Source: Gammaproteobacteria bacterium (GTDB taxonomy: Bacteria > Pseudomonadota > Gammaproteobacteria > CBDBNL01 > JAAOII01). From it: a stretch of DNA of 64,000 nt. Positions within the stretch are counted from its first letter, which is position 1. Every line of letters starts with the position of its first letter. The position numbers and the translations under genes were made by a program. Below are positions 20,717 through 30,910 of this stretch, one piece after another. Where the stretch lies: assembly GCA_965209035.1 (NCBI GenBank), contig OZ242372.1:128001-192000 (forward strand). Reading direction: 5' to 3'. The notes under the pieces are model-generated. The model ran no database searches. It had not been told where the DNA came from and saw only the letters and a list, made by a program, of their open reading frames with translations.

Positions 20717-22276
20717 GTGAAGTTCTCTCCGCTTAGGTCCGGCTTCACCGTCTCTTCTTGGACCATGGTATCGCGCATTTTGGGTATGCTGCGCGATATC
20801 GTATTTGGCACGGTATTCGGCGGCAGCGGCACCTTGGATGCTTTTTTGGTGGCATTTAAAATCCCCAATTTTTTTCGCCGGGTAACAGCCGAAGGTGCCA
20901 TGACACAGGTTCTGTTACCGCTCATGATAGAAACCCGGGAAAAAGAAACCGAACGCCAACACAAAAGATTTCTGCAAAATGTTCTTTTTCTGCTGGTCAT
21001 CACGACGGGAACCGCAACAATCTTGACCATGATTTTTCCAAAAACAGTCAGTCTAATTTTTGCCGCCGGCCTGATTAGATATCCCGATCTGTTCGCTCTG
21101 ACGGCCTCCATGCTCCGCATCACTTTTCCCTACCTGTTTTTTATTACGCTGACCGCATACTATATGGCGTTGCAACACAGCCAAAACAAGTTTCGGTTGG
21201 GAGCACAAACCCCGATCATACTCAATGTCATCCTGATCAGTGCGGCTCTTTGGGCAACATCCTTGGTGCAACCGCCGATTATGGCACTCGCCTGGGGTGT
21301 GTTTATCGCCGGCTTTATGCAATTTTTGCTTCTCGTATTTGGGACCGTGCGTTTAAATTTACCGGTTCTGCCAAAACTTTCTTTGTCCGAGTTCCAATCG
21401 GGAACCTACACGAGCCGGTTTTACAGGGCACTCCTCCCGGCCGCACTGAGCGGCTCTTTGGTCCAAGTTAATCTTCTTGCGGATACTTTTATTGCCTCCT
21501 TTTTGATCAGCGGCAGTATTTCTTGGTTGTACTTTGCCGAGCGTTTAATTCAACTTCCAATAGGGGTCCTCGGCATCAGCCTCGCCACTGTCCTGATGCC
21601 GGGACTTTCCCGATTTTATCAACGCAAAGAAACATACCGTGCCCGGTCGGTCCTAATTTGGGGGGTGCGTTTAAGTTTGTTGTTGACCTTGCCGGCGGCG
21701 GCCGGTCTCATCCTTTTTGCAAAACCCATTCTTGCCACTTTGTTTTATCACGGCTCTTTTACTTTGGAACATTTGGAGCAGACCGCCGATGCATTGCGCG
21801 CCTATGCGATAGGTGTTCCCGCTTTTGTCTTAACCAAAGCGCTAACCGCCTCTTTTTTTGCGCGCCAAGATTACCGCACCCCGCTTAAGATCGCGGCCGC
21901 CGCCGCGGTAACCGGTGTTCTGTTGAGTGTTTGTTTGGTGTTCTTTCTAAAACATGTCGGACTGGCATTGGCAACATCCGCCAGCGGTCTGCTCAGCGTA
22001 TCGTGGTTGTTGCTGATTCTCATACGCGACCGTCACCTGATTCCGAACCGGAAGTTTCTTGTTTTTTGCGGGCAGGTCATCTTCGCGTTGAGTGTCTTGA
22101 TCGCAAGCATAGTATGCTTGCTAACATGGTTTGTCCCGGAGGTCTGGACCGGGTCGGATCCCTGGACCCGTGTTTGGCAACTTCTTTTCTGTATTACGGT
22201 TTCCGTGCTAATGTACTTTGGTGTTCTTTTTGTCACGGGATTAAATTGGCGCAGTTTAAATCCTCGTTTTGAATGA
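20717..22276 (+). CDS. murJ: Lipid II flippase MurJ
   Basis: SRILGMLRD…DAFLVAFKIPNFFRRVTAEGA; LYFAERLIQLP. Confidence 0.96.
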   Translation: MKFSPLRSGFTVSSWTMVSRILGMLRDIVFGTVFGGSGTLDAFLVAFKIPNFFRRVTAEGAMTQVLLPLMIETREKETERQHKRFLQNVLFLLVITTGTATILTMIFPKTVSLIFAAGLIRYPDLFALTASMLRITFPYLFFITLTAYYMALQHSQNKFRLGAQTPIILNVILISAALWATSLVQPPIMALAWGVFIAGFMQFLLLVFGTVRLNLPVLPKLSLSEFQSGTYTSRFYRALLPAALSGSLVQVNLLADTFIASFLISGSISWLYFAERLIQLPIGVLGISLATVLMPGLSRFYQRKETYRARSVLIWGVRLSLLLTLPAAAGLILFAKPILATLFYHGSFTLEHLEQTADALRAYAIGVPAFVLTKALTASFFARQDYRTPLKIAAAAAVTGVLLSVCLVFFLKHVGLALATSASGLLSVSWLLLILIRDRHLIPNRKFLVFCGQVIFALSVLIASIVCLLTWFVPEVWTGSDPWTRVWQLLFCITVSVLMYFGVLFVTGLNWRSLNPRFE

Positions 22277-23211
22277 ACCTTTTGCGCTATAAACCCGGAC
22301 GGCAGCCAGATCGGCAACTCGGCAAACCGAGTGTTGTCGCCATAGGAAACTTTGACGGAGTGCATCCCGGGCACAGAGAACTCATCCGTCAGAGCTTGGA
22401 AATTGCCCGGACAAGCGGCTTGGAACATCTTATTTGTACTTTTGAACCTTCGCCAAATCAATGGTTTGAACGCGCCGATACTCGCCTAAACAACCTGCGC
22501 ACCAAGGTATTTTTGCTGAAGTCTCTTGGTGTTCGCAAACTGATTCTTGTTCATTTTCGTCGTCCGTTTTGTGATTTAAGTGCCGAAGATTTTATTCGGG
22601 AATTTCTGCTAAGAGATATGCACATGCGCCATTTGATCACCGGCGAAGATTTTAAGTTTGGCAAGGATCGCAGCGGTGACCGGTACAAACTGCTGGAAGC
22701 GGCCAAAGAATACGACTTTGGTTATCGGACGGTAAAAGACTTTCCCAATGAACGGGAGCGCATCAGCAGCACTCAAATTCGCAATCTGCTCGCGGCGGGA
22801 CAGATCACCGAGGCAAATCAACTGCTTGGCTTCCCCTATTCCTTTTGTGCGCGCGTAATAACCGGCAGCGGCATTGGAAAAAAAATGTTGGGGACGGCAA
22901 CAGCCAATCTAAATCTTAAACAGTTTATCCCGCCTTTGCGCGGCGTTTTTGCATGTATGGCAACTCTTGCCAACGGTGAAAGGAAAAAAGCCGTGGTAAA
23001 TTGCGGTGTCAAACCCACACTCAACCGGAAGCACCGACTGAGTTTGGAAGCACACTTGCCGGATTATGAAGGCAACCTTTACGGTCAAGTCATCCGCTTG
23101 GAGTTTTTGGCTCGCTTGCGCTCGGAGCAAAAGTTTGCCGATCTTGCAGCTCTCAAACGGCAGATTCACAAAGACAAAATACTTGCCTTGGAAACGCTTA
23201 ATCGGCTTTAA
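22273..23211 (+). CDS. ribF: Riboflavin kinase/FAD synthetase
   Basis: IGNFDGVHPGH, ISSTQIR, TANL, LRSEQKF. Confidence 0.96.
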   Translation: MNLLRYKPGRQPDRQLGKPSVVAIGNFDGVHPGHRELIRQSLEIARTSGLEHLICTFEPSPNQWFERADTRLNNLRTKVFLLKSLGVRKLILVHFRRPFCDLSAEDFIREFLLRDMHMRHLITGEDFKFGKDRSGDRYKLLEAAKEYDFGYRTVKDFPNERERISSTQIRNLLAAGQITEANQLLGFPYSFCARVITGSGIGKKMLGTATANLNLKQFIPPLRGVFACMATLANGERKKAVVNCGVKPTLNRKHRLSLEAHLPDYEGNLYGQVIRLEFLARLRSEQKFADLAALKRQIHKDKILALETLNRL

Positions 23212-23217
23212 TACTCT

Positions 23218-24243
23218 TTAATGAGCCGGGGGAGACCCGGACAAAAGCGGCTTGGAATTTTCAAAACTGTTTGAAAGCACGGATGTTAATCCGAGCAAAG
23301 AAGAACGGACTTCGCTGTCCGCAAACTGCCGCAAATGCCTTTCGGCATTTTTCAAATAGCCTTGCATTTGTTCGCGCATATATGCAATCACCGGGCGGCT
23401 GCATATCAAATTGATCAGTAAGTTGCGCTGACTTAGGCTCATCTCGCTCCCCTCCTTCAAAATATTCCGGATGTCCTTCTTTTGGTTGTCATTGGCAATC
23501 TCATAAGCCCTGATCAACGGCAAGGTAACCTTTCCCTGTGCCAGATCTTGTAAGGCCTCACCGCCGTCATTGCTGTCTGCTATGTAATCGTGCATGTCGT
23601 CTCGCAGTTGAAATGCCATGCCGAATTGGTCGCCGAAAGATTTTGCATGCTCGCGCTCATTTGCCTTGCCTGCAAGAATCACCGCGATTTCACAACAGGT
23701 GCCAAAAATAACCGCCGTCTTGTCATAAATTGTTTGATAGTAACCTTCTTTATCCAAAAGGCCCCTGTCACCCGCCGAGACGATGAGGTCTCGCAATTCG
23801 CCCGCACTCAAACGCGCCACCGCCGCGGCCAAAACAGAAGTTGCCTCCTCGGTCTCCAAAGAGCCGATGAGTTCAAAAGCGCGGGCATACAAAAAATCTC
23901 CCGCCAAAAGAGCCTCCTTAACACCCCACTTTTTGTGAGCGCTCATACTGCCGCGCCTTAAAGATGCTTCGTCAATAATGTCATCGTGAATTAAAGACGC
24001 GGCATGCACATACTCCATCGCCAGGGCCGCATTAATGCTATTTTGTTTTTTATACCCGACCAACCGGCAAAAACTTAAAAGCAACATAGGGCGAATGTAC
24101 TTGCCGCCGCCGCGCAAAATATAGGTGATATGCTCTTCCAGTCCGGGCGGGCAATCCGCCCGCATTAGTCGTCGCTTAAATTCTTGCATATCCTGCCGGA
24201 CTTCCCGGGTTTGGAAAACCCGCATATCGTGGCTTCCGGTCAC
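23218..24243 (-). CDS. ispB: Polyprenyl (octaprenyl) diphosphate synthase
   Basis: GGKYIRP, HDDIID…RRG, FQLRDD, GKVTLP. Confidence 0.88.
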   Translation of the reverse strand: MTGSHDMRVFQTREVRQDMQEFKRRLMRADCPPGLEEHITYILRGGGKYIRPMLLLSFCRLVGYKKQNSINAALAMEYVHAASLIHDDIIDEASLRRGSMSAHKKWGVKEALLAGDFLYARAFELIGSLETEEATSVLAAAVARLSAGELRDLIVSAGDRGLLDKEGYYQTIYDKTAVIFGTCCEIAVILAGKANEREHAKSFGDQFGMAFQLRDDMHDYIADSNDGGEALQDLAQGKVTLPLIRAYEIANDNQKKDIRNILKEGSEMSLSQRNLLINLICSRPVIAYMREQMQGYLKNAERHLRQFADSEVRSSLLGLTSVLSNSFENSKPLLSGSPPAH

Positions 24244-25025
24244 AACATATCACTCATAGAATAAAGTCCCGGCTTGTCGTTCTTGCTCAACCATACCGCC
24301 GCTCTGAGCGCACCGCGTGCGAACAGAACACGCGAACTTGCCTTATGACAAATCTCCAATGTTTCACCTTCGCCTATAAAACGAACAGTGTGTTCACCGG
24401 CGAGATCACCGCCGCGGACTACCTGAAATCCAATCGTCCCTTTTTCTCTTTCGCCGGCTTTTCTCCTGTCATAAACGGCGATGTTTTTCAAGTCTTCTCC
24501 CCGAGCCGATGCCAGAATCTTTCCAAGTGCCAAGGCGGTCCCGGATGGCGCGTCTTTTTTATGCTTATGATGTGCTTCGCTGACCTCAATATCGTAGTCT
24601 TCGCCAAGTTGCTCCGCAGCCAGTTTGACCAAACCGGAAGTAATATGGATACCGAGACTCATATTGGCCGCCAAAAAAACAGGTATTGATTGGGCGGATT
24701 TTTCTATCCGGCGCACTTGCTGCGACGAATGTCCGGTCGTCCCGATCACCAAACCCTTTCCACAAGAAATACAACTTTTCAAGCACGCCGGTGTTGCCTC
24801 GGGTTGCGAAAAATCTATCAAGATATCACATCCTGTGGCATCAATCCGGTCAGAACATATCAAAGGACCGTCTAAGCCGACCAATGGTCCTATGTCTTTG
24901 TCTGTCATAGAACTCCCCGGCTCAACCATTGCCCTGTACGGTTGCATACCGGGTGTGGCGTTTAACAGTTGCAACAGAGTTTTCCCCATTCTTCCGTCCG
25001 CTCCGCAAATCCCTATTTTTAGCAT
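24240..25025 (-). CDS. dapB: 4-hydroxy-tetrahydrodipicolinate reductase
   Basis: GADGRMG, IGTTG, EAHHKHKKDAPSGTA. Confidence 0.97.
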   Translation of the reverse strand: MLKIGICGADGRMGKTLLQLLNATPGMQPYRAMVEPGSSMTDKDIGPLVGLDGPLICSDRIDATGCDILIDFSQPEATPACLKSCISCGKGLVIGTTGHSSQQVRRIEKSAQSIPVFLAANMSLGIHITSGLVKLAAEQLGEDYDIEVSEAHHKHKKDAPSGTALALGKILASARGEDLKNIAVYDRRKAGEREKGTIGFQVVRGGDLAGEHTVRFIGEGETLEICHKASSRVLFARGALRAAVWLSKNDKPGLYSMSDML

Positions 25026-25144
25026 CAATAATAATGTATAATAAAACCTTAATACTAATTATTATAAAACCTGTGGGACAATAGAAGGCAAAAGAATGCC
25101 AACAAGAACCGGAATATTTAAAATGCAAAGATGAATGATAAAAA

Positions 25145-26335
25145 GTGAAAATAAGTGAGGCATTCGGAAGTGAGCAATCAACGAGAAAACGAAAAAAAAT
25201 TTGTTTGTTTTCTATAATGTACTTACAGATGAATTTGTTTAATGCAAAAATAAAAAAATACGGTACTCGCCTGCTGGTCGGATTTCTGTTGGTCGCGGCG
25301 ACGGAGAGCGTTATCGCAAATCCGCGCGTGACCGCTGTTTTTCCTTTGGGGGATCAATCCTCTGTTCGCGAAGGTAGCCCCGTTGGCATATCCGTTGTTT
25401 TTTCCGAACCGGTATACGGATTCACCTCTCAAGACATTGTTACAAATGGCGGAATTCTTGCAATAGAAGGAAGCAATGCTTACTACAAGGTTTTAATCGT
25501 GCCAAACACCTGGCCCATCATACTGGATATTCTCACGGACTCCGTTTTTAATTTTCGCGGTCAGGGAAACGATCCTTTCCCGCAGCCTGTCGTCGTGAGT
25601 CAATCCGGCCAAGTATTGGCTTTCACCGGCAGTGCGGTAACAACCAAGAAACAACCGCCGAGCCAGCCGGAACCTCAACAAACACGCCGCGAAGTTTACA
25701 CCGGCAGCACCGAATTTGTGATGGACCTGGGCGCATACGGCCAAGGCCCCGCTTTCTTTCACTTAAATGATCAAACAGACGATGCCAAATCCCGCTCAAC
25801 GGCGGAAATTACTCTCGGGCTTGAGGTTCGGCGCGGCTACAAAGGATGGCGACCCGGACTGGGCTACAAGCTTATGGCCGGCTACCAACAAACCCTTTAT
25901 ACGGATACTAGCACATACACCGCTGTCCCGTTGCTGGGGAGCCTTAATTTTTACTTTAACAACTATGTCAGTCTGGGGGTTGGTATGACCGCGCATGTTG
26001 CGGGACAATATACTCACAAAGGTATTTTGGAACTCGACCCGCCGCTGCCGCCGGGAGAAGGTCGTGCGTTTACACCGGGACGCACTTTTAATGTGGCACC
26101 GGGTGCCAACGGCCTGGATGCGAATCTGCCCGGCGTATTTGTCGATCTGACTTTGCTTTACAAGCATGTCGGTTTGGTTTTACGTTATCTGAACTTATCT
26201 TTGCACTCGTTTGAAAACCCATTGGCTAGGGAAGATTTTGAGGGGAACCTTCGTAACGCTCCATCACCATCATACGGATATTCAACCAATAACGGAATAG
26301 ACACTTTTGGAGTGTTCATTCAATTCAGGGGGTAA
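25145..26335 (+). CDS. Secreted protein: Ig-like N-domain, Pro/Gln linker, probable C-terminal beta-barrel
   Basis: Signal peptide (likely start ATG25229); VVFSEPVYGFTSQDI resembles a bacterial Ig-like motif; alternating aromatic strands ending FGVFIQFRG. Confidence 0.55.
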   Translation: MKISEAFGSEQSTRKRKKICLFSIMYLQMNLFNAKIKKYGTRLLVGFLLVAATESVIANPRVTAVFPLGDQSSVREGSPVGISVVFSEPVYGFTSQDIVTNGGILAIEGSNAYYKVLIVPNTWPIILDILTDSVFNFRGQGNDPFPQPVVVSQSGQVLAFTGSAVTTKKQPPSQPEPQQTRREVYTGSTEFVMDLGAYGQGPAFFHLNDQTDDAKSRSTAEITLGLEVRRGYKGWRPGLGYKLMAGYQQTLYTDTSTYTAVPLLGSLNFYFNNYVSLGVGMTAHVAGQYTHKGILELDPPLPPGEGRAFTPGRTFNVAPGANGLDANLPGVFVDLTLLYKHVGLVLRYLNLSLHSFENPLAREDFEGNLRNAPSPSYGYSTNNGIDTFGVFIQFRG

Positions 26336-27238
26336 ATGCGGCACTTCTTGGATCTGCCGGATCTGCCGGCAACCGTTCATCACCAACTCTTAAAAGAAGG
26401 AATAGAACTCAAGCAACAATTAAAAGAAACCGGTAGCAGCCCGCAGATTTTAAGAGACAAGGTTCTGACTCTTTTGTTTCAAAAGCCGTCAACAAGAACG
26501 CGCGTTTCTTTTGAAACCGGTATTCGACAAATGGGCGGGCATGCTCTGTTTATCAGCGCAGCCGACAGCCAGTTGTCACGCGACGAACAGCCATCTCACA
26601 CAGCGCGCGTTCTCTCTTCAATGACCCAAGGACTCATTCTGCGCACAAAAGAGCATGCTATGCTAACGGACATGGCACGCAATGCCAAGGTTCCGGTGAT
26701 CAATGCCTTGTCTTCCCGGTCTCATCCGTGCCAACTGCTTGCCGATATGATGACCTTTTATGAAAGACGCGGAGCCCTATCCGGTAAGAAAGTAGTCTGG
26801 TGCGGCGACGGCAACAATGTATGCCATTCGTATATTGAAGCGGCCAATATTTTTAATTTTCAATTACATCTGTGCGTTCCGCAACAATACATGCCCGCCG
26901 GTGACTATTCAAAAGATTACGGCCCGAATGTGACTGTCTGTGAAGATCCTCAAATTGCTTTACGGGATGCGGATCTCATCTCTACCGATGTTTGGATCTC
27001 CATGGGAGATGCGAATGCGGAGGATAAAAAGAAAGTTCTCTCGCCTTACAAAATCACTTCCAAATCCTTGGATTTGGCAAAAGACGAGGTTCTGTTTATG
27101 CACTGCTTGCCCGCACGCGAAGGCGAAGAGATTGAACCGGGTCTTTTGGATGATCCGCGCTCGGCGGTATGGGAGCAAGCCGAAAACAGACTGCACAGCC
27201 AAAAAGCCCTTCTCTCTCATCTGTTTGGTGTGAAATAA
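26336..27238 (+). CDS. argF: Ornithine carbamoyltransferase
   Basis: KPSTRTR, HPCQ, GDGNNV, HCLP. Confidence 0.96.
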   Translation: MRHFLDLPDLPATVHHQLLKEGIELKQQLKETGSSPQILRDKVLTLLFQKPSTRTRVSFETGIRQMGGHALFISAADSQLSRDEQPSHTARVLSSMTQGLILRTKEHAMLTDMARNAKVPVINALSSRSHPCQLLADMMTFYERRGALSGKKVVWCGDGNNVCHSYIEAANIFNFQLHLCVPQQYMPAGDYSKDYGPNVTVCEDPQIALRDADLISTDVWISMGDANAEDKKKVLSPYKITSKSLDLAKDEVLFMHCLPAREGEEIEPGLLDDPRSAVWEQAENRLHSQKALLSHLFGVK

Positions 27239-27246
27239 CCGGCGGC

Positions 27247-27270
27247 TTGTCCGCACTTGTCTTCGGACAA
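27247..27270. terminator. Hairpin between convergent argF and tatC
   Basis: ttgtccg-N10-cggacaa inverted repeat; no clear U-tract. Confidence 0.3.
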
Positions 27271-27324
27271 TCACAATCCCACCATCTAACTAATACCCCA
27301 ACACCCCGGCGGGTTAAACTCCGT

Positions 27325-28131
27325 TCAGTCTTTTTTGGTGTTTCTTTTCGTCGGATTGGGTGACAGTTCGCCAACTCTCTTTTTAAATTTCTGATTAAAT
27401 TTCTTAGTAAAATTTTTGGAGTTCCCGGAACTCGTAATGCCAGCCACGAGAATACCCGCCTCATACAACGCATACAAAGGAAGTGCCAACATCAGTTGCG
27501 AGAAGATGTCCGGCGGGGTCAATAGCATCCCGAAGACAAAGCACAGGACAACAACATACCTGCGATAACCGCGCAAAGTCTGCAACGATACCAGACCAAC
27601 CCGCACCGCCAAGAAAACGACAATCGGCAACTCAAATGCCAAACCAAACACCAAAATCATACGCAGGACAAAAGTCAGATAACGATTGATGTCCGTCATG
27701 ATCAGAATACCTTCCGGACCCATTCTTTGGAAGAATGCCAATGCCAAAGGCAATACGCCGTAATAAACAAATAGTCCGCCCAAAAAGAATAAGAAGACCG
27801 TCACCACAAAGAGCGGCAACACAAAAAAACGCTCGGCACGGTAAAGGCCGGGCATAACAAACATCCAAACCTGATACAAAAAGACGGGAGCGGAAAGACA
27901 GACCGACACCCAGAGTGCCAGCCGCAAGGGAGCAATAAACGGCGAAGCAACATCCACAGCCACCAGATGCCCGTCGGCAGGCAAACTCTGCAATAGTGGC
28001 ACCGCCAACAAAGCATAGAGTTCTCGTGCATATATAACAGCAACAACAAATATTAAGACCCATACCAGAAGTGCGCGCAAGCATCTGGAGCGCAACTCGG
28101 TAAGATGTTTTATGAGCGGAACGGTTGACAA
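27325..28131 (-). CDS. tatC: Twin-arginine translocase TatC
   Basis: HLTELRSR, YQVWMFVMPGLY..E, FELP, LTPPD. Confidence 0.96.
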   Translation of the reverse strand: MSTVPLIKHLTELRSRCLRALLVWVLIFVVAVIYARELYALLAVPLLQSLPADGHLVAVDVASPFIAPLRLALWVSVCLSAPVFLYQVWMFVMPGLYRAERFFVLPLFVVTVFLFFLGGLFVYYGVLPLALAFFQRMGPEGILIMTDINRYLTFVLRMILVFGLAFELPIVVFLAVRVGLVSLQTLRGYRRYVVVLCFVFGMLLTPPDIFSQLMLALPLYALYEAGILVAGITSSGNSKNFTKKFNQKFKKRVGELSPNPTKRNTKKD

Positions 28132-28175
28132 GAGAGAACGGGTTTTTCGTAAGTGTTAGGCAATATTAGGCGGGG

Positions 28176-28442
28176 TTAGGCACCCGGCGTCTTCTTTTTG
28201 TTTGTCGCCACATTCTTTTTGCCGGTTTGCTTTGATTTTGGCTTTGTTTGGCCCGAATTGAGCATCTCATCCAGACGCACCTGGCGATCTATCTCATCGG
28301 TTACCCGCGTGTAAAGAATACGGATTTTGCGTAAAATGAGACCGGTTTGGCGAATCAAAACAAATAATTGGCGCGGCCCCAACACCAACAAAGCAACCGC
28401 CAGGATTACCAGGATCTCAAAAAATCCTGTCGTCCCCAACAC
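28176..28442 (-). CDS. tatB: TatB
   Basis: GFFEILVILAVALLVLGP; lies between tatA and tatC. Confidence 0.9.
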   Translation of the reverse strand: MLGTTGFFEILVILAVALLVLGPRQLFVLIRQTGLILRKIRILYTRVTDEIDRQVRLDEMLNSGQTKPKSKQTGKKNVATNKKKTPGA

Positions 28443-28703
28443 CTATTTTTTTGCGGAGGTTTTCTTAACCTTGGATTTAAAGGAGCCCGCGGAATGCGGA
28501 GATTTGTTCCGCTTGTTCTTTTTCCGTTGATGTCCCTCGCGCGGCTCCTCATGTTCATCCTCGCCCTCTCCTTCCATAGAATGACGAAACCCTTTAATGG
28601 CCTTGCCCAGATCTCTGCCGAGTGCCGGTAATCTCCCGGCACCAAACAGAATGCCGATGACCAACAAAATGAGTACGATTTGCCAGATACTGATACCGCC
28701 CAT
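28443..28703 (-). CDS. tatA: TatA
   Basis: MGGISIWQ…LFG…LGRDLGKAIKGFR. Confidence 0.95.
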   Translation of the reverse strand: MGGISIWQIVLILLVIGILFGAGRLPALGRDLGKAIKGFRHSMEGEGEDEHEEPREGHQRKKNKRNKSPHSAGSFKSKVKKTSAKK

Positions 28704-28741
28704 AAATTAATTATAACCGATTTAAGGTATGTATATGTATT

Positions 28742-29329
28742 CTAATGAACATCGCGGCGGGCATGATTTTTATCTCTTTTCGTCCGTTGCCCGGACGAGG
28801 TACGGCTTTCCAACTCACTTTCAATATCCGCATATTCCACACCGTGTGAGCCGCATATTGCCAAAATAAAAAGAAACAATGTGCCGTAGTTATCGGAAAC
28901 TTTTTTATATTGCTTCAAACTTCCGTCATACTTGACGGACTGCGAAATCGCGTCTCCCAGGTTATGACCCAGAGCCCGATAAAAGAAACCCGAATCGTCC
29001 TTGTCCGTTTTTTTCAAGCGTTCAACACTTTGATTAACACTTTTACTGTCAAACATTAAAATGTGCTCAAGAGACAGGTTCATAAACACCGTCAAAACTA
29101 ACAGATGAAACAGCGCATCGGCCGCCTCGCAGATGACCTGCTCCTTGTTGCCCGAAGCAGCTGCAACCATAAACTCCGTGATTTCTTCTCCCAACTTATC
29201 CAGGATTTTGTTGAGACCCGCATCAAATAACCTTGCCGTATAAGAGTTTTTCGGCAGGGTCTGTTTGCGATTCTTAAGCAACCCTTCCAAATCGGTCAGT
29301 AACGCAAAGTTGTATTCTTTATCTTTCAT
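28742..29329 (-). CDS. hisE: Phosphoribosyl-ATP diphosphatase, extended
   Basis: SYTARLF…KLGEE..E…EAADALFHLLV; next to hisI; about twice the usual length. Confidence 0.85.
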   Translation of the reverse strand: MKDKEYNFALLTDLEGLLKNRKQTLPKNSYTARLFDAGLNKILDKLGEEITEFMVAAASGNKEQVICEAADALFHLLVLTVFMNLSLEHILMFDSKSVNQSVERLKKTDKDDSGFFYRALGHNLGDAISQSVKYDGSLKQYKKVSDNYGTLFLFILAICGSHGVEYADIESELESRTSSGQRTKRDKNHARRDVH

Positions 29330-29340
29330 ATCCTTTCATA

Positions 29341-29715
29341 TCACACCCCCTGCCCGGCACATTTGCGAAAAAAGCATGTCGGTCTGCCGGTATGGCAAGC
29401 ACCGCTTCCCCGCTGCTCCACCGACAACAACAAGGCATCGCCGTCGCAGTCCAGCCGCAATTCGCACAGTCTTTGAACAGCACCCGATGTCTCGCCCTTA
29501 TACCAAAGAGTGCGGCGCGAACGCGACCAAAAAACCGTCCGCCTCTCTTCCAAACTTTTTTCAAGAGAATTGCGATTCATCCAGGCAAGCATCAGAACCC
29601 GTTGTGTTTTATGGCACTGAACAATTGCCGGCACCAAACCCGCCGAGTCCCACACAACAGCATCAAGGAATTTTGTTTGAGACAAAGTCTCCGTTTCTTC
29701 ATTACGATTTTCCAT
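29341..29715 (-). CDS. hisI: Phosphoribosyl-AMP cyclohydrolase
   Basis: [29 protein letters not shown]. Confidence 0.96.
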   Translation of the reverse strand: MENRNEETETLSQTKFLDAVVWDSAGLVPAIVQCHKTQRVLMLAWMNRNSLEKSLEERRTVFWSRSRRTLWYKGETSGAVQRLCELRLDCDGDALLLSVEQRGSGACHTGRPTCFFRKCAGQGV

Positions 29716-29914
29716 TTCAAAGTTATTATACAGTTTTTTTGCGGTTGCATAATCTCATTGTATGGTCCCACCCATTTCCAGACTTTTGTTGTTTTTGCAA
29801 AAATTGGATCGGCGAGAGTTGTTTGAGAGCATAATAGAGGCGTTCGCGATGATACCAAGCCAACCACTCGATGAGTTTGGCGAAGACCGCTCAATGAGTC
29901 TAGCCCCTTAATTG

Positions 29915-30718
29915 TTACTTACGTTTGGGTTTGGGTTCGTATTTGTCTATATCATTAATATCCCAATGATTCTCCTTGAAAAACTGATTACGCAGATACA
30001 GACCGGCCAACAGATGCACCGACTGCACAGTGCCCACCGCTTTGATTATTCCCTTCGTCTCTTCGGTTGCCGATATATTCCTTTCAACAAAAGCGTAGAT
30101 CACTTCCGCAACTTGATAAAGATCGCCTTGCTCTTCTTGTTCCGAGTTAAGTTTTTTTAGATCCTTATTCCATTCTTCCCGATGCTCGTCCACATATTCC
30201 ATCAGCCCGCTACTTTCCAGTATCGCTTCACCGATGTCGGTCATATTGAGAGGAGATGCTTTTTGAGAATATAAAGCGCGTTCTTCTTCAACCGAATCTC
30301 TCTTTGCCATGTTTCCCAAAACAGTAAGAATTTTTACGGTATCACGATGCATATCTTCTCTTAACTCTCTTTTATCTTCTCTTAACTCTCTTTTAACTTC
30401 TTTTATTTCTGTTTTAACTTCCTTTATTTCTGTTTTGACTTCTTTGATTTCTGTTTGGACTTCTTGTTGACTCACTTCCAACCGCTTGATACCCTTATAT
30501 ATTGAAATGAACGCATATTCGCCAATGAAACCAATCACAAGTGATAACAAAAATATCAAAAGTATCACAAACCAATTGTTTGCCGAAACTTGCCCGTATG
30601 TAATCGCCGTGTCGTAAACAGTCATCGTGGATAAAACGGAAAATACAATAAGCCCCAAGGCCGCCGTGAATTTCGCACGACCGCTTAATTTAAGATCTGT
30701 GCGTTTATTCATCGGCAA
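29915..30718 (-). CDS. 2-TM + heptad-repeat coiled-coil protein, IRR-proximal copy (267 aa)
   Basis: Two TM helices, EIKEVKT heptads, conserved C-domain SPLNMTDIG…; GAGGAG RBS before ATG30712. Confidence 0.85.
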   Translation of the reverse strand: MPMNKRTDLKLSGRAKFTAALGLIVFSVLSTMTVYDTAITYGQVSANNWFVILLIFLLSLVIGFIGEYAFISIYKGIKRLEVSQQEVQTEIKEVKTEIKEVKTEIKEVKRELREDKRELREDMHRDTVKILTVLGNMAKRDSVEEERALYSQKASPLNMTDIGEAILESSGLMEYVDEHREEWNKDLKKLNSEQEEQGDLYQVAEVIYAFVERNISATEETKGIIKAVGTVQSVHLLAGLYLRNQFFKENHWDINDIDKYEPKPKRK

Positions 30719-30910
30719 TCACTCCTCCTCAAATTCATAAAATAGTGTCCTCTATCCTCCCGCATTTGTTATGATGTTCCCCTTTTTAATGAACTGCCTT
30801 GCCATAACAATATTTACCGCAAAATCTTTTAGAAATTTTATCATTATATAATTCCAAACTCAGCGTCCGGAACCTTTCTGAGATTATGCATCTTATTTTC
30901 TTTTCTTTCT

